Program-made: the position numbers and the translations under genes
Assembly (NCBI RefSeq): GCF_006345805.1
Contig: NC_043008.1
Span: forward strand, 50,964,001 to 51,028,000
Length of the DNA stretch: 64,000 bases
Source: Octopus sinensis
Lineage: Eukaryota
Direction: 5' to 3'
Shown here: piece after piece, positions 41,284 through 53,992 of the stretch
Numbering within the stretch: the first letter of the stretch is position 1
Layout: each line of letters opens with the position of its first letter
Notes under the pieces: model-generated
The model's database searches: none
The model's input: the letters and a program-made list of their open reading frames with translations, nothing else
Told to the model about the DNA's origin: nothing

Positions 41284-42579
41284 TTTGTACGCTCCCTGAA
41301 GCTAATATGATAGAAATCTCATCTAAAATTTTCATAGATATTACCGTCAATCTGGGAAGGAGACATTGTATATAACAATACATATTACTGAAAAGACAAT
41401 ACGGTCAAGGCTAGAAAGTCTTTGATCCTAAATCTGCTCAATCAGGAATTATTTGAGATTAAACAACAAAAAGAAAAACAACAACAGTCATATAAATAAA
41501 AATGATATATGAATAGAATTAAAAACAAACAACCAAAACATTGAAAATGGCTTCTCAATAGCAATGATGTTTTTTTTTCTATTCTCATTGACCATGTAAT
41601 AGATATAACATTATGAGGATTTATAAACGCACCACACGATAATCGATCCGAACAAATGAAGCGGACGAAAGTATATATAAGCCTTGTATGGATTTACAAT
41701 CAGAAAAAAACCTTGAAAGGCATATCACAATCGGGGATATTGGAGACGTTCTATGTGAATAAACCAGGGACAATGATTAGTCAGAATATTAATGAGGTAT
41801 TATAAAAATGGAGGCAGATAATATGTATTCAGTAAATCTAGAAGATAAAAAGAAATAATTAAAAAGAAAATAGGAAAAAAAGCAGTAACAAGAGAAGACA
41901 AGAGAAGACGTTTTTTTTAGGAGGTCTCTAATCAGGTTAGTTTTGACATCCGTGAAGGTTCGTGGCCTAGTAGTTAGTATGTTTTGTTCACGATTCAAAA
42001 CAGAGGTTTCGATTACTGAAGTGGACAACGTGTTGCCTCTGAGCTAGATACTTTATAGCTCGCTGCTGCAGGTCACTCAAATGTAAATTGGCTTCAGTCA
42101 GGTGCTGATGCAACCTTCACTTGTTCCTTCCAGACTGTTACACCCTGGATGCTCCAATTGGTTAAAGGTAACTGGACTGAATGGCGATCCCGAATGTGGA
42201 CACATCTAAAACAATAACCAGATAATACTCTCTTGCAAGTCCTATCGGACAGTTACATATGTTTTGCAATATTATGGTGTATACAATGAGAGCGAATTTG
42301 TGGCAAGTTGAGAAAATTCAGATATATGGCCCGCCGTTAGATGAGCGCGATCGCTTTGCGTTAATGCATAAGCATGCGCAGTTCTATATGTGTGGATGTT
42401 AGTATTATTTTCTTTTAATCAAGAAGTAAGGCAGGAGTCGCGACACTTTACAGAGGAACCAAGGCTGGAATGAAGGTTAAGATGAAGGAAATATCAAACC
42501 AGATATTTGTGTCGGATGCTTGCAACAGAGTCAGTTCTGTTCTAAAGATACCCAAGACGCTAAGAGATCTTAAAGCAAG

Positions 42580-43702
42580 TGACAGATTAAATCTACCAAA
42601 TTGATAACGGCAGAAATTAAACTTCGAAAACAAAAAGCCGGAATGAATACCGCAAGGGATTTTGTCTGACGTTGTTACCCTTTTACCGGTTACCATTCTA
42701 CCCTGGTATTGTAATTTTTAGTCTTCCCCGAAACGATAAAAGTCAAAACTGACCTTGGCCGAATTTGAACTCACTAAGCGAAGAGTTAAAAGAAATATCG
42801 TTAAGTTTCTTACTCGACGCTTTTATAGCACAACCAATCCACCGCATGGGGCCCGTACGTTTTAATCGACACCAAAAGGAGGAAAATCAAATGTTACTAT
42901 GGCTGAATTTGAACCCAGAGCGCGGAATATCTGTACAAATACTGCAAAGTACGCTGTTCGGAATTCTGATAATTCCAACATTCTACGCTTCTTATACGAT
43001 TTATTTTTCTCAAATCCTAGGTCTGCTAAGGCCGGTAACCCAACATGATATTGGAAGAGGACAATGGTACATTGCAGGGGTCGATGCAATTGACCTGCCT
43101 CCTTCCCCCACTTACATCAACCGCAATATTTGACTAGAATTTTTATTCATCGGCCCCCGACGGGACAAAAGGTGGACTCGGGGCACAGAATATCATAATC
43201 TTTTCTAATCTAGGTACAAGGCCGGAAATCTTTGGGGTGGTGGGGGCCAGTCGATTAGATTGACCCCAGTACGCTACTGGTACCTAAATTATCGACCCCG
43301 AAAAGATGAAAGTCAAAGTCGACCTCGGCGGAATTTGAACTCAGAACATAAAGACAGACAAAATACCGCTAAGCATTTCGCCCGGCGTGCTAACGTTTTT
43401 ATTTCTTTATTGCCCACAAGGGGCTAAACTTAGAGGGGACAAACAAGGACAGGCAAAGGGATTAAGTCGATTGCATCGACCCAGTGCATAACTGGTACTT
43501 AATTTATCGATCCCGAAAGGATGAAAGGCAAAGTCGACCACGCCGGAATTTGAACTCAGAACATAAAGGCAGACGAAATACCTATTACTTTACTACCCGC
43601 AAGGGGCTAAACACAGAGAGAATAAACAAGGGCAGACACACAGATTAATACAATTGCGTTATGCCCTAGCTGACGCGCTAACGGTGCTACAACTTCGCCG
43701 TG
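42580..43702 (-). mobile_element. Minus-strand SINE family A cluster with a young multimer at 43195-43702
   Basis: On + the order is tailB-body, tailA-body, tailA; older diverged copies lie at 42580-43170. A further cluster lies at 44253-44782. Confidence 0.85.
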
Positions 43703-44186
43703 TCACAGAACATTAGCACGTATCTGTATGTCAGTATATCGGTCTATAGGCCTGTCTAAGTAAGGATCATATCAGTACCTCGGATTAAGCACCTCGGTTC
43801 ACTATTTAATATTTCATCTCCAGTTAAAAACAGAGATGGTTAACCACATCGATACAATGGCGTTCTTTATCACCTAGCAATGCAATGCATTGCAGAAACA
43901 ATAACAATATCAGAACAAAACAAAATATTGATTGTGATAACGGGATGGGTGAATAGCGTAATGTTTTTCTACTCGCCACGCTTCATTAAGCATATTCTTC
44001 ATAACATCATTAAGTACGTGTATAAGGTGGCTGCGACTGCGACTGCGGCGGTGGTGGCAATGGTGGCGGTTGTGGTCGTCGTTGTCATCGTCTAAGTTAA
44101 TAAATAAATGATGCTCTCTACTGAGAAATTCCGTTATGATAACAATAATGATAATAATAATGATAATAATAATAATAATAATAATG

Positions 44187-44247
<61 letters not shown>

Positions 44248-44779
44248 TAATAATCTTTTCTACTATAGGCATAAGGCCTTAAGTTTGGGGGAGGCGACTG
44301 GTCTATTAAATTGATCCCAGAGCGCAACTGATACTTTATTTATCGATCCGGAAAGGATGAAATGCAAAGTCGAACGCAGCAGAATTTGAACACAGAACGT
44401 CAAAGTGGACAAAGTGGACAAAATAATAATGATAATTCTTCCCGGTACAAAGCGAGTAATTTTGATGGGAGGATAAGTTGATTACATTGCCCTCCCCCCT
44501 CCCAGTGCTCAAGTCCTACTTAATTTATCGACTCCGCGAGAATGAAAGCGAAGTCGACATCGGTTAGATTTGCACTTTAACCTTGAAAAAACGAAATAAA
44601 CGCCAGTAATGCTTTTTGTCTGGTGTGCTGAATTTGCCAGTTCACCGCCTTCGTAAAAATAATAATTCTATCAATTATAGACACAAGGCCTGAAATTTTG
44701 GGGTAGGGGGATAGAGTCGATTACGTCAACTCCAGTGCTCAACGGGTATTCATTTTATTGACCCCGAAATGATAAAAGG

Positions 44780-45340
44780 TCAAACTGACCTCACTAATAC
44801 TTCGGCCAAAATTTTAAAATCTGCACTTAGCAGAGTTATGGACCTAAAAATTAAAAAAATATGATTCCCCTTGTTTGGGTCCTTTCTCAGCATTGCCACC
44901 GCTCTGCGATTCAAAGCAATCGGAGTTCTCCACTTCTGCTGCCATTTATGGTAGATATCTTTAAGAGTCCTCAAAACAAGTTCTCGGACCTCACATGAAA
45001 TATCTCGGTTTATCCCCAACCAGTTCTTTGCTGCTTCGTCTGAACTGTAGGATGTCTCTGAGTTCTCCAAAACAACACAGACCACGATACACCAGATGTT
45101 GAAGCCAGTCAGAATACTCGATATTCTTAACCTGACTGTTCTCCTCGAGAAGTATGCTGGACAGAGGACACTCTCCTCACCCCACCAGGTTGTTACAGAA
45201 TGTTTTCGCGCAAGGGACTCACTTCTGAGGAGGCTCTCGATGCTAGCAAACCGCCTCTCTCTCCGCATGTGAGCCTCGTCTTCCATAATATCACTCAGTG
45301 CCTTATCCCCGTGACTGATTTTGGTCGATTTTTATCGCGT
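44780..45340 (-). mobile_element. L1/Tx1-like LINE ORF2 fragments (rearranged, truncated)
   Basis: ORF 44780-45286 ends AMLRKDPNKGNHI..FRSITLLSADFKILAEVL, matching the K......YRPI.LL..DYKIL.K.L motif at the start of non-LTR RT domains. No catalytic YADD is present. Confidence 0.75.
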
Positions 45341-45695
45341 GCTTTTTTACTGGTACACATCTGTAATGGATTGTTTCTTTTGCTCAATCCGTCATGATTT
45401 AAGGTGTAATATGTACCACTGTCTTCTCACTGGAATTTAATAATTTTGGGCTCAGACCAATTCCCTATTTTTGCCTTCCAAAGAATAGCGGAAACATTTT
45501 TTTTTTTAGCTAAGCACGTACGAAAAGCGTTTTGTTAACTTTCCACTTATTTTGTAGTATCTGTTGTTGATATCGTTTCTTTTGTCTCTGGTGTCGATGT
45601 CGTTCACGTTTTCATTGACGCTGTTTCTGTCACCCACTGCGTCACCGTTTAAATATGTCAATGCTGGATTTTGATCTTTGTGTTGTGTTTGTGTT

Positions 45696-45870
45696 GGTGA
45701 GCTGGCAGAATCGTTAGCACGCCGGGCGAAATGCTTTGCCTTTCATCCTTTCGAGGTCGATAAATTAAGTACCAGTTACGCACTGGGATCGATGTAATCG
45801 ACTTAATCCGTTTGTCTGTCCTTGTTTGTCCCCTCTATGTTTGGCCCCTTGTGGGTAATAAAGAAATAGG
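45696..45870 (+). mobile_element. SINE family A (internal deletion, tail A)
   Basis: GGTGAGCTGGCAGAATCGTTAGCACGCCGGGCGAAATGCTT is joined directly to TGCCTTTCATCC, so the B-box is deleted. Confidence 0.88.
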
Positions 45871-46436
45871 TAATGGATTCACTGTTGCCACTGGCGTTGT
45901 TACTACTGTTTTACTAGCTTCGCTTTCCCTCCACATGCTTAACGTCCTAATCGGTTGGTGGTGGTGGTGGTGGTGGTGATGTTGCCACTTCTGACATTTC
46001 CTGTGATACTGCCTGATTTTAGTGGTCCGTCGCTATTCAGGTTGTTGATGTTGTTGCTGTTGTTCCTGCTGCCGCTCTCTCCGTTCAACCTGTAGTCATT
46101 TAGTGGAGTGAGTGACGGAAGAGGAAAAATATCTTCGGCTGTCGAAGGGCTGGTAGGCGAAACGGTTATACCCCTCGATGCTTTAAAAATAGGAGCTGTT
46201 GATGCCATTTTGTATAAGGATATTAACGGCAAAATTATCGCCCCTTACTGGGCAAAATAAACATAGAGCACCAGTCAACAGGTTAATGGTGCTCTTAACA
46301 AATCGTAGCAAGAATTTCACGAAGAAAACGGGTGAAATGGGTGAAAACTAATTTTTTAATACGACTTTCGCAGCAAATAAGAGTATAACAACAACAACAA
46401 CAACAACAACTACAACAGCAATAATAATTATTATGA

Positions 46437-47009
46437 AAATGGTTTCAAATTTTGCCACAAGGGCAGCAATTTTAGGGGACGGGACGAGTCGATTACATCG
46501 ACCCTAGTGTTCAACTGCTATTTATTTTTATCGACCCCGAAATAATGAAAGGTAAAGTCGACTTAATCGGCGGAACTTGAACCCAGACACGGACGAAATA
46601 CCTATTTCTTTACTACCCACAGGGGCTAAACACAGAGAGGACAAACAAGGACAGACAAACGGATTAAGTCGATTATATCGACCCCAGTGCGTAACTGGTA
46701 CTTAATTTATCGACCCCGAAAGGATGAAAGGCAATGGTGACCTCGGCGGAATTTGAACTCAGAACGTAACGGCAGACAAAATACCTATTTCTTTATTACC
46801 CACAAGGGGCTAAACATAGAACAGGGACAGACATAGGTATTAAGTCGATTACATCGACCCCAGTACGTAGCTGGTACTTAATTTATCGACCCCGAAAGGA
46901 TGAAAGGCAAAGTCGACCTCGGCGGAATTTGAACTCAGAACGTAACGGCAGACAAAATACCACTAAGCATTTCGGCCGGCGTGCTAACGACTCTGCCAGC
47001 ATGCTGCCT

Positions 47010-47010
<1 letters not shown>
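46437..47010 (-). mobile_element. SINE family A trimer
   Basis: ATTTCTTTA(C/T)TACCCAC at 46604 and 46787 (183-bp period), a single head at about 47009, and an older tail-B-type unit at the 3' end. Confidence 0.9.
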
Positions 47011-47063
<53 letters not shown>

Positions 47064-47533
47064 TTTCTCAAATCCATTCAGAGACTATGTGCTATCAATG
47101 TTATCACACATGAATATGCAAATTGGTTTTTGAAATCAGATGAATCATTGGACGTCTGTCCATCGTTTGTCTATTAAATGTTTATTTTTTTCCCCGTAAT
47201 TATTTCTTGTAATTCAATTAATTAATATTGGGATTAGAACCGGTTCGCTTCGCTCGGTCGGTGATCACTGCGTGCACGTGTTTGTGTGTGTTTGTGTGTA
47301 TTTGTGTGTGTGTGTGTGGGGGGGGGGTTTCTGTGTTTGTGTGTGTTTACGTGCGAGCGAGTATCTGTGGAAGTCTGTGTGTCACGAGTATGCGATGAGT
47401 GCAGATGTATGCAGCTGTATGCACAGATTGAGATCAGGTAATGCAAGGAGCTTACGCCTCTGTCTGTGTTTGCATACGTTTCTGTGCACGATTATGTGCA
47501 TGTGTTAGTCACCGTAAATGTATGCTTGTGAGC

Positions 47534-47575
<42 letters not shown>

Positions 47576-47605
47576 TGTGTATATATATGTATATGCTTGT
47601 GAGCG

Positions 47606-47658
<53 letters not shown>

Positions 47659-47685
47659 TGTGTATATATGTATAGGTTTGTGAGC

Positions 47686-47728
<43 letters not shown>

Positions 47729-47964
47729 ATATAGTTATATATGCATGTGTATATACATATGTCTATGCTTGTGAGCGTATATATATATTTATGTATATGC
47801 ATATATAATGTATGTTTGTAAGCGTATATATATATGTGTATATATATATATATATAATATATATATATATATAGTTATATATGCATGTGTATATACATAT
47901 GTCTATGCTTGTGAGCGTATATATATATTTATGTATATGCATATATAATGTATGTTTGTAAGCG

Positions 47965-48005
<41 letters not shown>

Positions 48006-48602
48006 GGTTGCGAGCGTATCTATATGTATGTCTATATATGCATGTTTGTGCGCGTATATATATGTATGTGTGCGTGTATATATATGTATGTATATATATA
48101 TACATGCATATGGACGTGTGTATGTATATGTTTGTGGGCGTATACATGCATGTGTATAAATATATATATGTATATGATTGTGTAAATGTGTGGTGAGTGT
48201 GTGTGTCTGTGTCTGGAAGTATGTGTGAGTTTTTGTATGGCATATCTGTGCCTATCAATGTCTGTATGTATGGCATGAAGTGTGTGTGCGTGTATGGAAG
48301 ATTCATGCCTGTATTTTGTGTGTGCGTTTATGTGTGTCTCAAAATATGAGCGTGTGTGTGTAGGGGGGATGGGATCGTGTGCGTGGGCGTATGTGTGTGT
48401 GTATGTATTAATGCCTCTGTATGGATGCGAGAAGCTATTGGTTTGCCCCTGTATATGTGTGAACAAGTACGATGGTGGTGGCAGTGGTGGTGGTGGTGGT
48501 GGTGGTGGTGGAGTTACTGGTGGCGCTGCTGCTGCTTCTGTTGCTGAGGACGATGGCGATGGTGATAATGATGATGATGATGACGAGATCGTGGTGAGGA
48601 TT

Positions 48603-48633
<31 letters not shown>

Positions 48634-48980
48634 CGACGGCGACGTGCTCTCTCACCATCATTACTTTAACATCCAATCTATAACACTTATTAAAAACAGT
48701 AGAAGTAGCAGCAGCATCTGCAGCAGCCCAACTCAAACCTGCACCACCACCACCACCATCAGCGCTACCGCCTCACCACCACCACCACCACCACCACCAC
48801 CACCCCACCACCACCACCGCCGCCGTCGCCGCCGCCGCCGCCGCCGCCGCCGCCACTGCCACCACCACCACTAATAACAAGAACAAAGCTGAAGGTATAT
48901 ATATATATGTATATATGTGTGTATGTGTGTTCATGTGTGGATATACATACATATATATACAAACATATACGTATATATAT

Positions 48981-49017
<37 letters not shown>

Positions 49018-49028
49018 CAAGTATATAT

Positions 49029-49073
<45 letters not shown>

Positions 49074-49534
49074 AGTATGTATGTATGTATGTATGTATTC
49101 ATACATAAATAAAATTCTGAAGTCAGCAGTTTTTCACGTGAATAAATGAAAGCTAATCTCAGACGTAACGTATTGTATTGTCTCTCTTATATAATTCATT
49201 CTCGAACATTGTCTAACATTATTTATTCTTAAAAAATCTTTAACCATCTTTTAATACTAATTCTTTGCCGATTCCACCCATTCATATTTCAGTAGAACCC
49301 GCAACTCGCTCTGCCGCTCTCCAAAACCCATAACTTCTATTGTTGCTAATACTATTATACGGTTAACGTTTCTTCTCCTTCTTAGCCTCCATATTTTGTT
49401 GTTATTGCTGTTGTTGTTGCTCTCGATGTTACTGGACATTATATTCATTTGCGTTTTGTGGATATATTTGCTATTTTTGTTTTCTTTATTTTGTTGTCCT
49501 ATGTAAATCGACTCTCAATCTCTCTTTCTCTTTT

Positions 49535-49820
49535 TCTCTTTTACTTGTTTCAGTCATTTGACTGCGGCCATGCTGGAGCACCACCTTTAGTCGAGCAAAT
49601 CGACCCCAGGACTTATTCTTTTGTAAGCCCAGTACTTATTCTATCGGTCTCTTTTGCCGAACCGCTAAGTGACGGGGACGTAAACACACCATCATCGGTT
49701 GTCAAGCAATGCTAGGGGGACAAACACAGACACACAAACGCATATATACATATATACGACAGGCTTCTTTCAGTTTCCGTCTACCAAATCCACTCACAAG
49801 GCTTTGGTCGGCCCGAGCTC
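49535..49820 (-). mobile_element. SINE family B copy (5' truncated)
   Basis: Same tail and central modules as 53455-53992. Confidence 0.87.
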
Positions 49821-49896
49821 TATCTTCTTATTGTACCTTAATCGGTCGCTCTGGTGGTAAATCGAAGCAATCGTTATTGTTACTGAGCAGCGGTGA

Positions 49897-50520
49897 GGCA
49901 GCGAGCTGGCAGAAACGTTAGCATGTTGGGCGAAATGCGTAGCCGTATTTCGTCTGCCGTTACGTTCTGAGTTCAAATTCCGCCGAGGTCGACTTTGCCT
50001 TTCATCCTTTCGGGGTCGATTAAATAAGTACCAGTTACGCACTGGGGTCGATGTAATCGACTTAATCCGTTTGTCTGTCCTTGTTTGTCCTCTCTGTGTT
50101 TAGCCCCTTGTGGGTAGTAAAGAAATAGGTATTTCGTCTGCCGTTACGTTCTGAGTTCAAATTCCGCCGAGGTCGACTTTGCCTTTCATTCTTTCGGGGT
50201 CGATTAAACAAGTACCAGTTACGCACTGGGGTCGATATAATTGACTTAATCCCTTTGTCTGTCCTTGTTTGTGCTCTCTGTGTTTAGCCCCTTGTGGGTA
50301 GTAAAGATATAAGAATTGTTAGCAGGACGGCGAAATGCCTGACGGTATTTCGTCTATCCTTAAGTGCTGAGTTCAAATTCCGCTGGGGTCCACATTGCCT
50401 TTCATCCTCTCGTGGTCAATAAAACAAGTACCATTTGAGCTCAGGAAGGGGGTCGATGTAATCGTCTAGACACCCTCACCCCAATTTCAGGCCTTGTACC
50501 TTTAGTAGAAAGGATAATTG
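49897..50520 (+). mobile_element. SINE family A trimer (young)
   Basis: Head at 49897, 184-bp period (49945, 50129); the third unit restarts at AGAATTGTTAGC and ends in tail B. Confidence 0.92.
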
Positions 50521-50524
50521 AACA

Positions 50525-50970
50525 GCGGTGGTGAGCTGGCAAACGGTTAGTAAACTAGACATAATGCTTAAGGGCATTTTTCTGCATTTACCTTCTGGGT
50601 TTAAATTCCACCGCAGTCGACGTGTCCCCTCCTCTGAAATTTCTGGCCTTGTGCCAGAATTTGAAACTATCAAAAAGGGGCCGGTAAACCGTTAGTATAC
50701 TGACCAAAATGCTTAAGGGCATTTTCTGCATTTACCTTCTGGGTTCAAATTCCGCCGCAGTCGATGTGTCCCCTCATCTGAAATTGCTGGCCTTGTGCCA
50801 GAATTTGAAACTATCAAAAAAGGGCTGGTAAACCGTTAGTATACTGAACAAAATGCTTAAGGGCATTTTTCTGCATTTACGTTGTAGGTTCAAATTCCGC
50901 CGCAGTCGACGTGTCCCCTCATCTGAAATTGCTGGCCTTGTGTCAGAATTTGAAACTATTATCAAAAAGA
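50525..50970 (+). repeat. Three tandem ~144-bp units of an internally deleted SINE A
   Basis: TTAAGGGCATTTT at 50568, 50713 and 50857; each unit has a head, a B-box and the deletion junction GCAGTCGA(C/T)GTGTCCCCTC. Confidence 0.88.
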
Positions 50971-51579
50971 GGCCGGCTGGCAAAATCGTCAGTATACCGA
51001 ACAAAATATTTCGCGGCATTTCATTTCGTCCGTCCTTAAGTTTTGAGTTCAAATTCCGCTGAGGTCAGCTTTGCTTTCGTCATTGCAAGGTCGAGAGAAT
51101 AAATACGAGATTGAAATTCATGGCCTTCTGCCAAAATTTGAAACTATTATGGTTATTGCTGTTGTTATTATTGTTGCCTTATACTATGACGGAACAATTT
51201 TTTATTTTTGTTGTTCTTGTTGTTCTTATCGTTGTTCATTTTCGCGTAATTCCGTAGCCTCGGCTCCATTTAATCTCAATTTAGTATGGGACCAACCCAT
51301 TATATCACCACTGCTGTGGTAGGAGTCTCTCTCTCTCTCTCTTTCTCTGTCTGTCTCCTCTCTTCTCTGTCGCTCTCCCCTCTCTCCCCTCTCCCCCCTC
51401 TCTCTCTCTAGCTCCGTTTCTTTTGTTGATTTCTGCTGTGTCTTGACTTTTCTTCATAATCTCTCGTTTCTTTCAAGCCTTAGAACATAGCGTTCATTCA
51501 TATTTCTGTTATAGCAGCAGCAGCAGCAGCAGCAGCAGTAGCAGTAGTAGTAGTAGTAATAGTAGTAGTAGTAGTAGTA

Positions 51580-52150
51580 GTAGCAACTTCGTTTCTTGCT
51601 CTTTTCTTCTTCTTCTTCTTCTTCTTCTTCTTTTTCTTCTTCTTCTTCTTCCTCCCTTCTTCTCACTCTTCTTTCTTTTCTCATTCGTCTCCCCCTCCTA
51701 CTCCTTCTTGCTGTTCTTGCTATTGTAGCTAAAATCGTATCATTGTATCATTGTATCTTGCTAAAGTGATGCATGCTAGTAACGTTCAAAATATTTTCCT
51801 CCCTCTTCTTACTCTTCTTTTTCTTCCACTTCTTACTCTCCTTCTTGTTGCTGTTTCTCTCTTTGTCGCTAGAATCATATCATTATCTATTGCTATAATT
51901 ATGAATCTCAATAATATTTATATTTTTAAAATGACTCCTCTTCTTTCTTCTTCTTTTCTTCTTCTCTTTCTTATTTTCTACTTCCTCTCCTTTTCTTCTT
52001 CTTTTTCTTCTTCTTTTCTTCTTCTTCTCCTTTCTTTCTTCTTCTTCTTCTTCTTCTTTCTTCTCCCCTCTTCTTCCCCCTTTCTTCTTCTTCCTCCTCC
52101 TCCACCTCTCCCTGCTTCTTCTTCACCTACTTTTTCTCCTTCTCTCCAGT
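51580..52150. repeat. Polypyrimidine (CTT/CT)n low-complexity region
   Basis: Long C/T-only runs, preceded by (CAG)n/(TAG)n at 51511-51583. Confidence 0.85.
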
Positions 52151-53454
52151 TTTGTTATTATTTCTGGTATACGTTAATTATCGTTGCAAGCCTTCCGAAT
52201 GTTATATGTCGTTTTAATTGAAAACTATGTAGCAAAAACCGAAAACAAAAACAGGATAAGAAGAACAAAAAGAAAATGCTTCGATCACTTAAAAATCCAA
52301 GTTCGATCTAAAGAACCATTAGTCTTCAGTTCCAACAATTTTCTTCGACGTATTTTTAGTAATCTCCGACATTTGCTAAAAATTTATCCAAGAAACAGAT
52401 GGAAAGGGACCCTACAAATTATAAATACATATTGGTTTTTAACTTTGGCACAAGGCCTGCATCGACGCCAGGGCCCAGCTGGTCCTTATTCTATCGACTT
52501 TGAAAGGGATGAAAATCAAAGATGATTTGCGCGGGATTTGAATTCGAAGACGGATGAAATGCCGCTAAGCGTTTTTTCCGGCGTGCTAACAATTGTGCCT
52601 GCTCTCCGCCTTCAAGACGTATTAAATATGGAATGCTTGTAGAGTGATTAACGTAATGTTCCTGTTAAATATACCATTCTATGTATTAGCAAAATATATC
52701 TCTCTGGTGTTTAAAAATTGTCTGGAGTTAGAAGGACTGTACTTCGGTTTTGTACTTATTTTACAAAACTAATGTCGTAAAATCGTTTTTGAAACAGGTG
52801 CTGTTACCCTTTCGGTGTTCATTGTGTACTAATAAAACACACACGTTGGGGGATAATATTTAGCTCTACCGGTCGAAAAAAGAATGCCGAATATAAAGCG
52901 ATACACTGATTCAGACCATATTTTACCGTTTTTTTTTAGAAGGTTTGAAGTGTTTGTAGATTCGTGGTTCAAATTCACACACAAAGCATTGGCTGGCCAC
53001 GATTATTGTGGGAGATACTTGCCCAAGGATCTGCGTGGAGGCATTGAACTCGAAATTTCAGAGTTGCGAATTGACCTCCTTTAATCCACAGCCTCACCAA
53101 CGCCTCTTCTCAATCACATAGTCACACATTACACTGTTTCTGTCTCTATCCCTCTGCTTGTCTCCCTCCATACCTCCTTATATCCGCATATACCTAGGCA
53201 TGCACACGCACGCACGCACTCATACACACATACATAATTTTTAGTAATTATTTTGCCAAATTACAACATAAGTTCCATATTTTAATTGTCATCTATTCAA
53301 TTTATATTTTATCGATTTTTGCAAAATATCGATATAAAATAAAGCAACGTTGCATACTAAGAATATATGTATGTATACATATATGTATGTATGCATGAAT
53401 ATGTGTGTATGTATATATGTGTGTACGTATGTGTGTGCGTGCATGTATGTATCT

Positions 53455-53757
53455 CTTTTACTCTTATACTTGTTTCACTCATCTGTCTGCGACTATGCTG
53501 AAGCGCCGCCTTTAGTCGAGCAAATCGACCCCAGAACTAATTCTTTTGTACGCCTAGTATTTATTCTACCGGTCTCTTTTGCCAAACCGCTACGTTACGG
53601 GGGCGTAAACACACCAGCATCGGTTGTCAAGCGATGTTGGGGGGACAAACACAGATAGACAAACACACATACATACACATACACACACACACACACATTT
53701 ATATATATATAAAGTAAACCTGCCTTCGTCTTTTGTCTATTTTCATAAAGCTTCCCG

Positions 53758-53826
<69 letters not shown>

Positions 53827-53992
53827 TACGACGGGCTTTTTTTCAGTTTCCGTCTAACAAATCCACTTACAAGGCTTTGGTCGGCCCGAGGCTATAGTAG
53901 AAGGCACTTGCCCAAGGTGTCACGCAGTGGGACTGAACACGGAACCATGTGATTGGTAAGCAAGCTACTTACCACACAGCCACTCCTGCGCC
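53455..53992 (-). mobile_element. Full-length SINE family B with internal microsatellite
   Basis: The reverse complement starts GGCGCAGGAGTGGCTGTGTGGTAAG (A-box) and continues GTTCAGTCCC (B-box), CCTTGGGCAAGTG, a TA/CA tract and the 3' module. A diverged copy lies at about 54365-54750. Confidence 0.9.
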
